This document shows positions 62,474 through 64,000 of a DNA stretch of 64,000 nt, piece after piece. The DNA lies in contig JAHBUL010000004.1 in NCBI GenBank assembly GCA_019638085.1, positions 102,444 through 166,443 of the forward strand. The letters run 5' to 3'. Made by a program: the position numbers and the translations under genes. The DNA comes from Flavobacteriales bacterium (GTDB lineage: Bacteria > Bacteroidota > Bacteroidia > Flavobacteriales_F > PHOS-HE28). The notes under the pieces are model-generated. The model was not told the origin of the DNA, made no database searches, and saw nothing but the letters and a program-made list of their open reading frames with translations. Numbering within the stretch: the stretch's first letter is position 1; each line of letters opens with the position of its first letter.

Positions 62474-63059
62474 GCTTATCGTATTCGTCGCTGTCCCGGC
62501 CCACGCGCATCTCCAACGTGAAGTAGGAAGTGAACGGACCCAACGTATCACTGTTCACCACCAGTGGTCCGGCGCTCTTCCGCGCTAACGTCAGCAAACC
62601 AAGACCTGCGCCCCCGTTGGACGAACGGGCATCGCCCGCCAGGAGTTTCATGTAGTGTTCCTTCAAGTCTTCCCTGGCCATCAGGTTCAGTATCTCCACC
62701 CGGTGAGCAAGCAGCATGCCCGTAGCGAAGGGCACTGCATTTCCGGTGGCCATGCGGTATCCGGAGCTATCGCGCACCAGCAGTGCAAAGGAGGCTTCGT
62801 TCAGGATACCCAACGCATGGCGGCTCAAATTATCCACGGCTTCAACGAGCACGTGCATCAAGCGCTTCCGCACCAGCACCGGATCACCATGGGCGTAACA
62901 TTGCGCCTCCGCGAGTTCCAGCATGCTCGGCACTTCCTCGGGAATTACCGCACCTGAATGCTCCATGACCAAAGTAGCCGTGGGGTCGGCCAGAAAGCGG
63001 GACTTCGTTCTGTCCAGCCAGCGCTGGCCCATTTCGGGGAGCGGAATGGCATACGTCAT
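62463..63059 (-). CDS. GHKL/HATPase-like serine-protein-kinase-type protein (RsbW/SpoIIAB/SiaB-like)
   Basis: N-box-like EAVDNLSRHA and G2-box-like SSNGGAGLGLLTLARKS in a ~198-aa protein. No adjacent STAS/anti-sigma-antagonist gene. Confidence 0.45.
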   Translation of the reverse strand: MTYAIPLPEMGQRWLDRTKSRFLADPTATLVMEHSGAVIPEEVPSMLELAEAQCYAHGDPVLVRKRLMHVLVEAVDNLSRHALGILNEASFALLVRDSSGYRMATGNAVPFATGMLLAHRVEILNLMAREDLKEHYMKLLAGDARSSNGGAGLGLLTLARKSAGPLVVNSDTLGPFTSYFTLEMRVGRDSDEYDKPAA

Positions 63060-63227
63060 AGATCAATGCGGTGGTGTCAACGGCTTAGGAGCATTTGCGA
63101 ACATCCCGACATGATACGCGAAATGACCCTCCAAGGTTCAATCGCGTCATCCGGGAAACAGCGTTGCTGTTCTATTCCCCGATCATTCATTCCTTTACAG
63201 GGTTGAAACACACATTCAGTACTCCAC

Positions 63228-63935
63228 ATGAAGACCGTCGCCATTCTGACCCTTGTAACCGTCCTGAGCATCGGTTGCAATATGAACTGCATTGAAGGGG
63301 AAGGCCCAGTGGAAGAGCGTGTCCTGGACGTGGCCTCCTTCACTGGGATCGAGACGGGTTCCTCCCTACAGGTGACCATTGAAAAAGGAACCACGCAACA
63401 GATCACGGTGAGGGCCCAACCGAACCTGATCGATCTGCTCAACACCGAGGTGAAAGGAGATGTCTGGCGGATCCGGACCTCTCAGTGCTGGTCATCCGGT
63501 GCTGAGTTCACCGTACATATCATCACCCCTTCCCAGATCAACTCCATCGAGTCTCACGGAAGTGCTGATGTGATCACCCAGGATGTATTCGGTTCAGGAA
63601 GAACGAAGCTCTCTACTGCAGGAAGCAGCACGATCTCTGTTGCAGGGATCAATGAGAAGAAGCTCGATCTGGACATCTCAGGCAGTGGAGCCATCACGAT
63701 ACGTGGTACTTGCAGCGAACTCAGCGCTACACTCTCCGGAAGTGGAGACCTACATGGCACGGAACTCACCGCCAATGAGGCGGATGTGAAGGTCTCCGGC
63801 AGTGGAAGCGCCACCCTCATCGCGATCACCAAGCTGTACGCCAAGGTTTCCGGAAGCGGAAAGGTCCGCTATGGAGGGAAACCCAATGTAGAATCCAAGA
63901 TCTCCGGCAGCGGTTCCGTTGCCCCGCTCGAATGA
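63228..63935 (+). CDS. DUF2807 / head GIN-domain lipoprotein (putative auto-transporter-adhesin-head-like beta-solenoid)
   Basis: Lipoprotein signal (LTLVTVLSIGC). Repeated ...SGSG.. beta-solenoid rungs (DISGSGAITIRG, TLSGSGDLHG, KVSGSGSATL, KVSGSGKVRYGG, KISGSGSV). Confidence 0.6.
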   Translation: MKTVAILTLVTVLSIGCNMNCIEGEGPVEERVLDVASFTGIETGSSLQVTIEKGTTQQITVRAQPNLIDLLNTEVKGDVWRIRTSQCWSSGAEFTVHIITPSQINSIESHGSADVITQDVFGSGRTKLSTAGSSTISVAGINEKKLDLDISGSGAITIRGTCSELSATLSGSGDLHGTELTANEADVKVSGSGSATLIAITKLYAKVSGSGKVRYGGKPNVESKISGSGSVAPLE

Positions 63936-64000
63936 AGTACTCCTTGATCCTGCTAGCTGCACTGGCCCTCGCCTCCTGCTCCTCTTCGGAGGAGGGGTCG
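63932..64000 (+). CDS. lipoprotein, 3'-truncated by window edge
   Basis: ATG overlaps previous stop (ATGA). MKYSLILLAALALASCSSSEEGS has a lipobox. Confidence 0.4.
   Translation, partial: MKYSLILLAALALASCSSSEEGS

Overview
This 64 kb window is high-GC chromosomal DNA that looks like Bacteroidota. The evidence is four proteins with T9SS C-terminal sorting domains (three type A and one type B), a fused ccoNO cbb3 oxidase subunit, a TAnnTTTG -7 promoter box and gliding-type giant adhesins. The window is mostly core genome: an rpsF-rpsR-rplI operon diverges from dnaX, aconitase and NADP-isocitrate dehydrogenase are present, a complete cbb3-type cytochrome oxidase biogenesis cluster runs ccoI-ccoS-ccoNO-ccoQ-ccoP-ccoG-ccoH-TauE, and there are tricorn protease, an amidase, an LptD-like protein and a MlaD gene. 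Accessory-looking loci are interspersed. The most notable are an Hpt / LuxR response regulator / hybrid histidine kinase phosphorelay followed by a large secreted protein of unknown function, two tandem giant T9SS cargo genes (PKD/GEVED and a SprB-like repetitive adhesin) next to a GHKL-type serine-kinase-like gene, an orphan phnA, and several small membrane, DUF and outer-membrane beta-barrel genes. Two unannotated RNA-level features stand out: a complete tmRNA (ssrA) gene absent from the ORF track, and an A9 slippery run inside dnaX with stop codons immediately in both shifted frames, suggesting gamma-subunit production by transcriptional slippage or frameshifting. No CRISPR array, transposase or integrase was seen. 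Many long antisense ORFs in the track are GC-driven artefacts. Coordinates of non-coding elements were read by eye and may be off by 1-2 nt.
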